Assembly: GCA_965223345.1 (NCBI GenBank) | Contig: CBDCWG010000012.1 | Location: 463,629 to 527,628 of the forward strand | Source: Nitrospinales bacterium | GTDB taxonomy: Bacteria > Nitrospinota > Nitrospinia > Nitrospinales > VA-1 | Direction of reading: 5' to 3' | DNA: 64,000 nt | The notes under the pieces: generated by a model | Told to the model about the DNA's origin: nothing | The model's input: only the letters and a program-made list of their open reading frames with translations | The model's database searches: none | Shown here: positions 21,093-30,384 of the stretch, piece after piece | Layout: every line of letters starts with the position of its first letter | How positions within the stretch are numbered: position 1 is the stretch's first letter | Position numbers and translations under genes: made by a program

Positions 21093-21899
21093 TCAAACGC
21101 ACACGATGGCAAGACCCGCCGCATCCGCCATCTCCACGACCTTAGGCTGATCGACCACCATCACGCGTTCCGCTTCCAGGCCCACGGCGCGGGCCCCGCC
21201 CTGGATGAGGGTTTCGACGGTCTTGGGTCCGATGCCGGGGCTGTCGTAGCGGTAATCCTGATCGGTGCGGCTCACTTTGACCGCGACGCATTTTCCTTTC
21301 GCCAGAGCGCAGCCGCGTTCGATGGCTCTGTCGGTGCCCTCGATGGCTTCGGCGGCGATGACGGTCTTGTTTTTGACGACGATGGTCTGGCCGATTTCCA
21401 GATCGGCCAGCTGCTTGGCGCGCGGCAGGCCGAACTCGATGTCCTCCCGTTCTTCCCGGGTCGGCGGACGCCGGGTGAGGACGCCCGCGACAGGGTAGAT
21501 TTCCCGCAGAAACTCTCTTTGATCGAGCACCTTGAACCCTTCCTTTTCCACTTCCTCGATCATGCCCACCATGAGGGTCTTGTCCTCCAGGCTCTTGGCG
21601 TTTTTCAAGAACTTGAGCGTGCGCAGATCCAGCCACTGCGGGCGGAAAATCACGCTTTTGTCCACTTTCCCCAGGATCAGGATGTCGCGGATGTTCTCGT
21701 CTTTGAGCGTCTGCATGATTTTCGTGGCGCGGCCGACACCCAGGGCGTAGGCCGTTTCCGCATACGGCTTGAGGCTTGTGCGGATCGCATCGGTGAAACC
21801 GATGGAGACAAGTTGGATGCCGTGTTGAGCGGCTTTGCGGGCAAAGTAGAGGGGGATGTCGCCGGCTCCGGCGATGAGCCCGATGCGGCGGGTTTTCAC
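21093..21899 (-). CDS. lpxI: UDP-2,3-diacylglucosamine pyrophosphatase LpxI (DUF1009)
   Basis: 268 aa. RIGLIAGAGDIPLYFARKA at the N-terminus, and KVSRTDQDYRYDSPGIGPKTVETL at the C-terminus, are typical of LpxI. Confidence 0.85.
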   Translation of the reverse strand: MKTRRIGLIAGAGDIPLYFARKAAQHGIQLVSIGFTDAIRTSLKPYAETAYALGVGRATKIMQTLKDENIRDILILGKVDKSVIFRPQWLDLRTLKFLKNAKSLEDKTLMVGMIEEVEKEGFKVLDQREFLREIYPVAGVLTRRPPTREEREDIEFGLPRAKQLADLEIGQTIVVKNKTVIAAEAIEGTDRAIERGCALAKGKCVAVKVSRTDQDYRYDSPGIGPKTVETLIQGGARAVGLEAERVMVVDQPKVVEMADAAGLAIVCV

Positions 21900-21925
21900 G
21901 GGGTGCCTGCCTTCCGGTTGTTGGG

Positions 21926-21992
21926 GCGAGTCATCGCTGTTCGGTTTCAGTCAGGGACTTCTCTTTGTGCGAGTCATCGATTCGGGTTTCAG
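21926..21992. repeat. two imperfect direct repeats (43-nt period) in the oxidoreductase-lpxI spacer
   Basis: GCGAGTCATCGCTGTTCGGTTTCAG (21926-21950) and GCGAGTCATCGATTCGGGTTTCAG (21969-21992). The 11-nt core GCGAGTCATCG and the TTTCAG are identical in both copies. Confidence 0.6.
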
Positions 21993-22023
21993 ACTGCCGT
22001 GACGGCTTGCTTTGACGCGCGGT

Positions 22024-22992
22024 TCATTGCGCATTTTTACTGCCGTTGAACTGGGCGAGTATGTCCAGGGCGATCTCCAGGGAATACAGCTCGTCGTCCA
22101 CCGCGACCTTGCGCGGGCTGCCGTTTTTCACGCAGTCGATGAAGTGCTGCAATTCCAGTTTGAGCGGGTTTTCCTTGTGCACGAAAATGCGCTCGACCAG
22201 CGATTCCTGTTTGTAGCGCAGCGCGCCTTTGTGCAACTGATGCTCGGAGGAAGACTGCCGGTGCACGTAGATCTCCTGATCGGTGTAGTCGAGCAGAACG
22301 TAGGAATCCTTTTGTGTGACTGAAAGCGTCCGCACTTTGTTCTGCGAGGCGCGGCTGGCGAGGATGTTGGCGATGCATTTGTTTTCGAATTCCAGCTGCG
22401 CATTGACCAGATCGTCTTTACCGGAAAACACGGAGGTCCCCAGCACGTGCGAGCGGGTGACTTTGGATTTGATGAGGTTTAAGATGATGTCGATGTCGTG
22501 GATCATCACGTCCAGCACCACGCCGTCGTCGCGGATGCGGTCGCTGAAGGAGCTCATGCGCTTGCACTCGACGAACAGCGGTTCGGTGACGATTTTGTGC
22601 AACTCCTGCACGGCTCCGTTGAACCGTTCGATGTGACCGATGTGCAGGGTCAGATCCTTGTCGCCGGCGAGGGCGAACAGCTCCCGCGCCTGGGCGAGGT
22701 CGTTGGTGCAGGGTTTTTCCAGCAGAACGTGAACGCCCGCGTTCAAAAGATCCTTCGCCACGCTGTAGTGCAGGGACGTCGGAACGGCGACGACGGCCAG
22801 ATCGAGGTCGTTCAGGATTTCGTTGTAATCGGTGTGATGGGCGCAACCGTATTTTTCGGCGATGCTTTTCGCGCGCTCGGCGTCCACATCGACGACACTC
22901 GAAAGCGTGACTTCAGAAATCTGGGACAACACGCCGACATGGTATTCCCCCATCTTGCCCACACCGATGACGCCTGCTCTCAACCCTCCCAT
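22024..22992 (-). CDS. Gfo/Idh/MocA-family NAD(P)-dependent oxidoreductase
   Basis: Rossmann N-terminus LRAGVIGVGKMGEYH, followed by VHVLLEKP. Its start codon shares 1 nt with the lpxA stop (TAATG). Confidence 0.88.
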   Translation of the reverse strand: MGGLRAGVIGVGKMGEYHVGVLSQISEVTLSSVVDVDAERAKSIAEKYGCAHHTDYNEILNDLDLAVVAVPTSLHYSVAKDLLNAGVHVLLEKPCTNDLAQARELFALAGDKDLTLHIGHIERFNGAVQELHKIVTEPLFVECKRMSSFSDRIRDDGVVLDVMIHDIDIILNLIKSKVTRSHVLGTSVFSGKDDLVNAQLEFENKCIANILASRASQNKVRTLSVTQKDSYVLLDYTDQEIYVHRQSSSEHQLHKGALRYKQESLVERIFVHKENPLKLELQHFIDCVKNGSPRKVAVDDELYSLEIALDILAQFNGSKNAQ

Positions 22993-23762
22993 TATTTCGT
23001 GATTCCCCGTGATGAAGTTTTTATAAAGTCGATAAGATAGCGAATTTCATCCGACATTTCAATTTCGTCCTGGATTTTCCCGATCGCCTGGGTGGTGTTG
23101 AGCTCGGGCGTCAAAATCAACTTCAGCGCTTTCTTCAGCCCGGCGCGCACGGCGGGCTTGAAATCGCTGCGCTTGAGCCCCACGGCGTTGGTGCTGACCA
23201 GCCGCGCGGGAGCTCCTTCCACCAGCGAAAAGGGCAGGATGTCTTTGCTCACGGCGGACGCGCCGCCCACCATGGCGTGTTTTCCGATGCGTACGAATTG
23301 ATGCACGCCGACCTGACCGGAGACAAACGCTTTCTCTTCGACGACGACGTGGCCCGAAAGCCCCGTGTAATTGACGACGATCACCCGGTCGCCGAGTGCG
23401 CAATCGTGGGCGATGTGCACGTAGTTCATCAACATGCAATCGCTTCCGATCGTGGTTTTGCCGTTTTCCGTGGCGCTCCGATGGATGGTGGCGTATTCCC
23501 GTACCGTGGTGCCGTCGCCGATCTGCACCGAGGAAGGAGCGTCCTTGTAACCGAGAATCTGTGGCTCGCCGCCGATGGCGGCGCCTTGAAAAATCCGGCA
23601 GTCCCTGCCGATTTGCGTGCGCGCCTCGATGTGAACATGCGGACCGATCCAGGTGCGATCGCCGATTTTCGCATCGGGGCCGATGACGGTGTAGGGCCCC
23701 ACGGCGACTTCGTTTCCCAACTGGGCACGCGGATGGATGTCTGCGCTTTTATGTATGGTCAC
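22992..23762 (-). CDS. lpxA: acyl-ACP--UDP-N-acetylglucosamine O-acyltransferase
   Basis: 256 aa. Left-handed beta-helix hexapeptide repeats plus an LpxA C-terminal helical domain (GLKRSDF...). Confidence 0.93.
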   Translation of the reverse strand: MTIHKSADIHPRAQLGNEVAVGPYTVIGPDAKIGDRTWIGPHVHIEARTQIGRDCRIFQGAAIGGEPQILGYKDAPSSVQIGDGTTVREYATIHRSATENGKTTIGSDCMLMNYVHIAHDCALGDRVIVVNYTGLSGHVVVEEKAFVSGQVGVHQFVRIGKHAMVGGASAVSKDILPFSLVEGAPARLVSTNAVGLKRSDFKPAVRAGLKKALKLILTPELNTTQAIGKIQDEIEMSDEIRYLIDFIKTSSRGITK

Positions 23763-23828
23763 ATTCCGGAACCGAGAAGAGACGCCACTGCATTCAGGAA
23801 GGATTTCGGTCGGATGGAGAAATCATGG

Positions 23829-24275
23829 TTACCCGGAGCCGGTCTCGGTTTTGCCCAGCATGGCCTGCAGGGTGCCTTCCGCCACCAGCGCATCGCCGAC
23901 AAACGCGTTGCCCTGAAAGCGGAACAGGGTTCCGCGCTGCTTGATCTTTGTCAATTCCAGCCGCAGGCAGTCGCCGGGAATCACCGGCTTGCGGAACTTG
24001 GCCCCGTCGATGCCGGTGAAAAACACCGAACCGTGCCCCTCCATTTTGAGAATCTTCAGCGCCAGGATGCAGCCCACCTGGGCCATGGACTCGATGATCA
24101 GCACCCCGGGCATCACCGGAAACTCGGGGAAATGGCCCTGGAAAAACGGCTCGTTGACGGTCACGTTCTTGATCCCGACGATGCGGGATTCCAGGTCGCA
24201 CTCGATCACTCGATCGACCAGCAGGAACGGATAGCGGTGCGGGATGATTCGCTTGATTTCTTCAATTTCGATCAT
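23829..24275 (-). CDS. fabZ: 3-hydroxyacyl-ACP dehydratase
   Basis: IPHRYPFLLVDRV...FFQGHFPEFPVMPGVLIIESMAQ. The ATG at comp(24273-24275) is preferred over the upstream TTG at 24287. Confidence 0.94.
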   Translation of the reverse strand: MIEIEEIKRIIPHRYPFLLVDRVIECDLESRIVGIKNVTVNEPFFQGHFPEFPVMPGVLIIESMAQVGCILALKILKMEGHGSVFFTGIDGAKFRKPVIPGDCLRLELTKIKQRGTLFRFQGNAFVGDALVAEGTLQAMLGKTETGSG

Positions 24276-24377
24276 GATCGGGCACAATTCGATTCAACGG
24301 GAAAAAATATCGGGAACGGGTGGATCCATCCAGTGCGAACGGGAGCGGCCGGGGTCATCGCTGTTGCGGGTGTGCGT

Positions 24378-24926
24378 CTACTTGTAGGTGCGGTCATAGG
24401 TTTTGATGGCGAGTTCCGTCAGGTCGTTGCCTTCGTTGTGATACAGGACGGCCTTTTTCTCCAGAATCATGGTGTACTTTTTATCCTTGCCGATCTTTTT
24501 GATCACTTCCACCATCTGGATCAGAAGCTGCTGGGTCATTTCCTTTTCTTTTTTTGCAAACGCGGCGTTCTGGTCTTCCACATAGCGCTCGAAGGCGACT
24601 TTCTGCTTGCGAAAATCATCCTCTTTTTTCTTTTTGAGTTTGGGGTCGAGCACAAAGCTCTGCTTGTTGAGATCCTCAAGCATCTTTTTGATCCTCACTT
24701 CTTTCTTCGCGATCACGTCTTTTTCTTTTTTGAAGCTGTTTTTGAAAGAAGCGAATCCCCGTTTCCAGCCCTTGGTGCTGGATATGGCTTTTTGAAGATC
24801 GATGAACCCGATGCGCGCGTCCGCCGCGAATGCGGATTGCGAGTTCAGCACGAGGAGCAAGGCGGCAAACAAAAAGACCCGGCACGCTCTCATCATTGGT
24901 GGATGAACACTATACGGATTGTACAT
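24378..24926 (-). CDS. skp: OmpH/Skp-family periplasmic chaperone
   Basis: Signal peptide MMRACRVFLFAALLLVLNSQSAFA, followed by a K/E-rich helical region. The start is ambiguous. ATG 24926 has a GAGAGG upstream, while ATG 24896 gives a more canonical signal peptide. Confidence 0.8.
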   Translation of the reverse strand: MYNPYSVHPPMMRACRVFLFAALLLVLNSQSAFAADARIGFIDLQKAISSTKGWKRGFASFKNSFKKEKDVIAKKEVRIKKMLEDLNKQSFVLDPKLKKKKEDDFRKQKVAFERYVEDQNAAFAKKEKEMTQQLLIQMVEVIKKIGKDKKYTMILEKKAVLYHNEGNDLTELAIKTYDRTYK

Positions 24927-24963
24927 ATTCCCTCTCAAAGCTTAAGACTGAACATTCAAATGA

Positions 24964-27240
24964 TTAAAAGGAACTTCCGGCAGTGAAGTGAAATTCTCCG
25001 ATATCTTCTCCCGTTTCCCGATCGAGCTTGATCCCGTAGGCAAAGCCCACCGGCCCGAATGGACTGAGGAAACGAATCCCCGCACCGACACTGTGGCGCA
25101 TGTCGCCGAGGTTGATGGTTTCGGCGGTGGTGCTGATATCGGTTCCGGTGCCGTAGACATTGCCGCGATCGTAAAAAACGAAACCCCGGAAAGATTTCGA
25201 AAACGGATACTGCAATTCCGCGTTGAACAGGAGAGACTGGGTACCCCCGAGCGGATCGCCGGTTCCGTTTTTGGGACCGACATCGCGGATGCTGAAACCT
25301 CTCAGGCTTTTCGCGCCCCCCATGAAATACCGTTCGAAGATGGGAAGCTCTTCTCCGTTGTAGCCGTCGGCCCAGTTGATTTCACTGTGCAGCGCACCCA
25401 CCAGCTTGCCGATGATCGGGAAGTAATAGGTGACTTCATAGCCACTGCGGAGAAAGTCCGCCCCGCCTAGAATTCCGCCTGCAACCTCGAATCGTACCAC
25501 ATGCCTCCAGCCGGTGGAAGGGTTTAAAAAATCGTCGCGGGTGTCGCGGATGTAGCTGGGAGCGATGCGGCTGGTGGTCCGGGTTTCGTTTTTCAGGAAT
25601 TCGGTCTCCTCCCCGGGCTCGACATCCCGGACCCGGACCTGTTCCGCCCGGTAGTTCAGCCCCACCCAGTCGTATTCCGTCAAAGACTTACCGACACGGA
25701 TGCCGCCGCCACGGTTTCTTGAGGTGAAGCTGAAAAAGTCCGACTCGCGGTTGAACGCGTCCACGCCGAACAGGATTTCGGTATCGAAAATGCGCGGTTC
25801 GGTGAACGAAAGGTTGAAGTCGGTGCGGATCGCCGACAGGCTTGCGGAAAAGACCAGGCGCTGGCCCCGCCCAAACAGGTTGTCCTGGGAAACGGAGCCG
25901 GTGAACACCACTTTTTCCACGGAGCTGAACCCGGCGCCCACGGTGATGGAGCCTGTGGGGCGCTCGGTCACGGTGGTGACGACGTCGATGAGGTCGGGGT
26001 TCTGGCCGCGCCGGGTGTCGATCTTGACGTCTTCGAAAAACTTGAGATTGTTGATGCGCTGCTTGCTGCGCTTGAGCTTGGTGCTGTCGAACAATTCCCC
26101 TTCGCGCAATCTGAACTCGCGCCGGATCACGTTGTCACGGGTGCGGACGTTGCCGAGGATGGAGATTTCACCGACGTAGACTTTTTTGCCTTTTTGAATC
26201 TCGATGTCCAGATCGACCGTCCGTTTCTCGTCGTCGATCTTGGTGACGGGATTGACGTCCGCGTACGCGAATCCCCGTGTGGAATACAGATCCGAGACGC
26301 CCAGCACATCCTCGCGCAGCTTGGAGACGTTGTACCATTCGCCTTTTTGGGTTTTGACGGCTCCGTACAGCTCTTCCTCGGTGAAGGTGCCGTCTCCCTG
26401 AATCTTCAAACCGGAAATCTTATAACGGGGCCCCTCGACCACGGGAATGGTGATGTAGATTTCCTTTTTCTCTTTGTTGACGTCGATCTTGGGTTCCTGC
26501 ACGTTCACCCGCACAAATCCCTTGTCCTGATAAAACGCTTCGATGCGGAACAGGTCCAGCTTCAGCACGTCTTTTTTATAAATGCCCGAGTCGTCCAGCC
26601 AGGAGTACCAGGTCTTTTCCTTGGTCTCCATCTGCTTTCTCAGGACCTTGTCCTTGACGGCGCGGTTTCCCGAAAAACGGATCGTCTCCACACTCACCTT
26701 CTCCCCTTCGGTGATGTTGATGGTGACGTCCACCAGATTGTTTTCCGTCATTTCGGTTTTGATCGCCGCATCGGCGAAGAAATACCCCTTCTCCTGATAA
26801 AACTTTTTGATCTCATCGACGCTTTCCTTCACTAGGTGATTCTGGAACGTGGTGCCGCGCTTCAGGCTGATCTTCTCGCGGATGTCGTCGGACTCCATCT
26901 TCTCGTTGCCGACGAGTTCCACGTCGCCGATCGAGGGGATCTCCTCCACCTTGAAAATGACAGCGAGGCCGCCGGCCACTTCCTCGGTTTCGACCTGGAT
27001 GTCCTTGAACTGATCGAGGCTGTAGATTTGTTCGATGTCTTTGCGGATCTTAATGCGGGAGAGGGGTTCGCCGACTTCGGTCTTGATGTAGTAGAGGATG
27101 GTGGAATCGTCTACGCGTTTGTTACCACGGACTTCGATGGATTGAACGATTTGCCCTTCCTGCGCCGTGGCAGGTGCGGCGCCCAGAAGCGAAACGCAGC
27201 CAATACAAAAAATGAGAACGAGCCGGGAGAGTTTCCTCAT
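24964..27240 (-). CDS. bamA: outer-membrane protein assembly factor BamA
   Basis: 758 aa. Signal peptide, POTRA repeats (IVQSIEVRGNKRV...), and a C-terminal beta-barrel ending ...EFHFTAGSSF. Confidence 0.95.
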   Translation of the reverse strand: MRKLSRLVLIFCIGCVSLLGAAPATAQEGQIVQSIEVRGNKRVDDSTILYYIKTEVGEPLSRIKIRKDIEQIYSLDQFKDIQVETEEVAGGLAVIFKVEEIPSIGDVELVGNEKMESDDIREKISLKRGTTFQNHLVKESVDEIKKFYQEKGYFFADAAIKTEMTENNLVDVTINITEGEKVSVETIRFSGNRAVKDKVLRKQMETKEKTWYSWLDDSGIYKKDVLKLDLFRIEAFYQDKGFVRVNVQEPKIDVNKEKKEIYITIPVVEGPRYKISGLKIQGDGTFTEEELYGAVKTQKGEWYNVSKLREDVLGVSDLYSTRGFAYADVNPVTKIDDEKRTVDLDIEIQKGKKVYVGEISILGNVRTRDNVIRREFRLREGELFDSTKLKRSKQRINNLKFFEDVKIDTRRGQNPDLIDVVTTVTERPTGSITVGAGFSSVEKVVFTGSVSQDNLFGRGQRLVFSASLSAIRTDFNLSFTEPRIFDTEILFGVDAFNRESDFFSFTSRNRGGGIRVGKSLTEYDWVGLNYRAEQVRVRDVEPGEETEFLKNETRTTSRIAPSYIRDTRDDFLNPSTGWRHVVRFEVAGGILGGADFLRSGYEVTYYFPIIGKLVGALHSEINWADGYNGEELPIFERYFMGGAKSLRGFSIRDVGPKNGTGDPLGGTQSLLFNAELQYPFSKSFRGFVFYDRGNVYGTGTDISTTAETINLGDMRHSVGAGIRFLSPFGPVGFAYGIKLDRETGEDIGEFHFTAGSSF

Positions 27241-27310
27241 TCCACCATATATAAATTAGATCCCCGGCGGTGCGGGGATTGTGGGAATTCATGGTTTGAG
27301 GCCAAAAAAA

Positions 27311-27351
27311 AGTATTAAGCTTTCGAACCAGTGGGCTGACAGCTTAATACT
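27311..27351 (-). terminator. terminator-like hairpin after clpC
   Basis: AGTATTAAGCT (27311-27321) pairs with AGCTTAATACT (27341-27351). An A8 run and a T6 run flank it. The loop is long (19 nt), so its strength is uncertain. Confidence 0.5.
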
Positions 27352-27408
27352 TTTTTCAAAAGATTGATGTCATTGGCCGCTTGTTTTTAAGCGGGATTCT
27401 AATTCCGA

Positions 27409-29841
27409 TCAACAAGCATTTAGAGCCCCGGCTGATTTTTCTGTGAAAACCAGTTCATCGTCCTGCAAGCCGACTTCAATGTGTCCGCCGTTCTTGAACC
27501 TGCCTTTCAGCATCTCATCGGAGAGCTTGTCTTCCAGGTATTTCTGGATGGCGCGTTTCAAGGGACGCGCACCGAAATGCTTGTCGTAGCCCTTCTCCGC
27601 CAGCCAGCGCTTGGCCTGGGTGGTCATCTCCAGGGTGAGTCCCTGCTGGATCAACTGCTCGTTGACCTGATCGAGCTGAACGTCCAGGATCTCCACGATG
27701 TGGTCCAGATTCAACGGACGGAAAACCACCATCTCGCTGATCCGGTTCAAGAATTCAGGATTGAAAGTCCGCTTCAAGTCCTGTTTCAGCTCCTTCTGCA
27801 TTTTCTCGAAGGTCAACTCTTCGTCGTCTTTCTGGAAGCCGAGCGTTGAGCCCTTGTCGAGCGCTTTGGAGCTGATGTTGGAAGTCATGATGATGACGGT
27901 GTTCTTGAAATCGATCACGCGACCGTAGCTGTCGGTCAGGCGGCCGTCATCCATGATCTGCAGCAAAAGATGAAAAACGTCCGGGTTTGCTTTCTCTATT
28001 TCATCAAAAAGCACGACGGAGTAGGGCTTGCGCCGCACTTTCTCAGTCAGTTGCCCACCTTCCTCATAGCCGACATAGCCTGGAGGCGCGCCGGTCAGCC
28101 GGGACACGTTGAATTTTTCCATGTATTCGGACATGTCCAGCCGCACCAGTGCGTCGCGGTTGCCGAACAGAAATTCCGCCAGCACGCCCGCCAGTTCGGT
28201 TTTGCCCACACCGGTGGGTCCGAGAAACAGGAAGGTGCCGATCGGCCGACGCAGATCCTTGAGCCCCGAGCGCGAACGACGGATGGCCTTGGTGATGACC
28301 TTGATCGCTTCGTCCTGCCCGACGATCTTGCCGGCGAGCTCCTTCTCCATGTTGAGAAGCCGTATGCTTTCTTTCTCTTCGATGCGGGAGAGCGGGATGC
28401 CCGTCATGCTCGACACCACGGCGGCGATGTCCTCCTCGGTGATCGAGGGCTCGCTCATGTCCTGCTCGCTCTCCCAGCTGCTCTTGACCTTCTCGAGTTC
28501 CTCGCGCAAAGTTTCTTCCTTGTCGCGCAGCTCGACGGCCTTCTCAAATTCCTGGTTTTCGATGCAGATTTTCTTGTCCCGGATGATCGCGTCGATGTCG
28601 CGCTGGATCTTGCGCATCTCGGGAGACTGGGTCACCTTGCGCAGCCGCACCCGCGAACCGGCCTCGTCGATCACATCGATGGCCTTGTCCGGCAGGAACC
28701 GGTCGCTGATGTAGCGGTCGGAATAACGCACGGCGGTGAGGATCGCATCGTCGGTGATCTTGGCCTTGTGGTGCATCTCGTAGGGAACCTTGAGCCCCTT
28801 GATGATCTCGATCGTTTCCTCGATCGTGGGCGGGTTCACCATGATCGGCTGGAACCGCCGTTCCAGCGCACCGTTTTTCTCGATGTACTTGCGGTACTCT
28901 TCCAGCGTGGTCGCGCCGATGCACTGGATCTCGCCGCGCGACAGGGCGGGCTTGAGCATGTTGGAGGCATCCACCGAACCTTCCGCGGCGCCCGCACCCA
29001 CCAGGGTGTGGAGCTCGTCGATGAAGAGGATGATGCTTTCGTTCTGCACGATTTCCTTCATGATGCCTTTCAACCGGGCCTCGAACTGACCGCGGTACTT
29101 GGTGCCGGCGATCAACGATCCCAGATCCAGGGAAACCACCCGCTTGTCGAACAAGGTGTCGGGCACTTCCCGCTCTACGACCAACTGCGCCAATCCCTCG
29201 ACGATCGCCGTCTTGCCCACCCCCGGCTCGCCGATGAGCACAGGGTTGTTTTTGGTGCGGCGGCTCAAAATCTGAATGACGCGCTCGATTTCCTTGCTGC
29301 GTCCGATGATGGGATCGAGCTTGCCGTCCAGCGCCATCTTCGTGAGATCGCGGCTGAACTCATCGAGCGTCGGGGTTTTGCCGACTTCGCGTGCGCTTTC
29401 AGTGGGCTCTCTGAACATCTCGACAATTTTTTCCTTCACATCATCGAAGTACATTCCGAAACTGTTCAGAACCCGGCAGGCGACCCCTTCTTTCTCTTTC
29501 AACAGCCCCAACAGAAGATGCTCGGTCCCGATGTAGTTGTGATTCAGGGAGCGGGCTTCCTCGACCGCAAATTCCAAAACTTTCTTGGCTCGCGACGTAA
29601 AAGGGATATCACCGATGATCAACGAGTTGGAACTGCGCGGGAGATTCTTCTCCAGCTCTTTTTTCAACTCGCGCAGGTCCGTTCCGGATTTCTGGACAAT
29701 CGCCACCGCGATGCCGCCTCCGTCTTTCACGATACCTTGCAATATGTGTTCCGTTCCAAGATATTCATGCCGGTAGAGTTCCGCTTCTTCACGCGCAAGA
29801 ATGATGACTCTGCGAGCTCTTTCTGTGAATCGTTTAAACAT
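27409..29841 (-). CDS. clpC: ATP-dependent Clp protease ATP-binding subunit ClpC
   Basis: 810 aa. Two Clp_N repeats ([16 protein letters not shown].. and [16 protein letters not shown]..), two AAA+ modules (GEPGVGKT and GPTGVGKT), and a UVR-like linker ([15 protein letters not shown]). Confidence 0.94.
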   Translation of the reverse strand: MFKRFTERARRVIILAREEAELYRHEYLGTEHILQGIVKDGGGIAVAIVQKSGTDLRELKKELEKNLPRSSNSLIIGDIPFTSRAKKVLEFAVEEARSLNHNYIGTEHLLLGLLKEKEGVACRVLNSFGMYFDDVKEKIVEMFREPTESAREVGKTPTLDEFSRDLTKMALDGKLDPIIGRSKEIERVIQILSRRTKNNPVLIGEPGVGKTAIVEGLAQLVVEREVPDTLFDKRVVSLDLGSLIAGTKYRGQFEARLKGIMKEIVQNESIILFIDELHTLVGAGAAEGSVDASNMLKPALSRGEIQCIGATTLEEYRKYIEKNGALERRFQPIMVNPPTIEETIEIIKGLKVPYEMHHKAKITDDAILTAVRYSDRYISDRFLPDKAIDVIDEAGSRVRLRKVTQSPEMRKIQRDIDAIIRDKKICIENQEFEKAVELRDKEETLREELEKVKSSWESEQDMSEPSITEEDIAAVVSSMTGIPLSRIEEKESIRLLNMEKELAGKIVGQDEAIKVITKAIRRSRSGLKDLRRPIGTFLFLGPTGVGKTELAGVLAEFLFGNRDALVRLDMSEYMEKFNVSRLTGAPPGYVGYEEGGQLTEKVRRKPYSVVLFDEIEKANPDVFHLLLQIMDDGRLTDSYGRVIDFKNTVIIMTSNISSKALDKGSTLGFQKDDEELTFEKMQKELKQDLKRTFNPEFLNRISEMVVFRPLNLDHIVEILDVQLDQVNEQLIQQGLTLEMTTQAKRWLAEKGYDKHFGARPLKRAIQKYLEDKLSDEMLKGRFKNGGHIEVGLQDDELVFTEKSAGALNAC

Positions 29842-29970
29842 GATTCAAACTTCCTCGGATAAGGATTTGCGGATTTGTGCTTTGAGGACCCCGGATTGAA
29901 CGATTTCGGCTGGGATCGCACGCCGTTTTTTTAGAGGTTGATGCTCATTCCATTTTAGCAAAAGGAACCA

Positions 29971-29978
29971 ATTATACA
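29971..29978 (-). promoter_or_regulatory. extended -10 promoter candidate for clpC
   Basis: The minus strand reads TGTATAAT (TGnTATAAT consensus) about 130 nt upstream of the clpC ATG. I see no convincing -35 box. Confidence 0.3.
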
Positions 29979-30384
29979 AGGATTTATTTTCCCTCCCCCG
30001 ATGCCCCATAAGCCATTAAATCCTTTAACGTTTCCATGATTTCAGGACTGCGAATGCGGCCCGGTTTCGGGGGCTCTGAAGGGGGGCAAAAATCCCGGCG
30101 TTTTGCTTTTTTCACAACGCAAAATTCACCATCGTTTTGAATCGGGAACGCTTGTGAGGATCCTGAGAAAATTTTCCGTTTTTTCCGCGACGAAAAATTT
30201 TTTTCCTCACGTCATTGCGCGCCGGTCCACCCGCAAAAAAAATTGATTTTTTTTCAGCGCGTGCGAATGCGCGGCGCCGGCAGCGTGCGGAAACAGCGTC
30301 AAAAGCCCGCAACCTGTCAAAACGATGACAACATCAGCGGCAAATTTATCAGGGTTTTGACGGTTCGGTTGGGAGATTCTGCGA

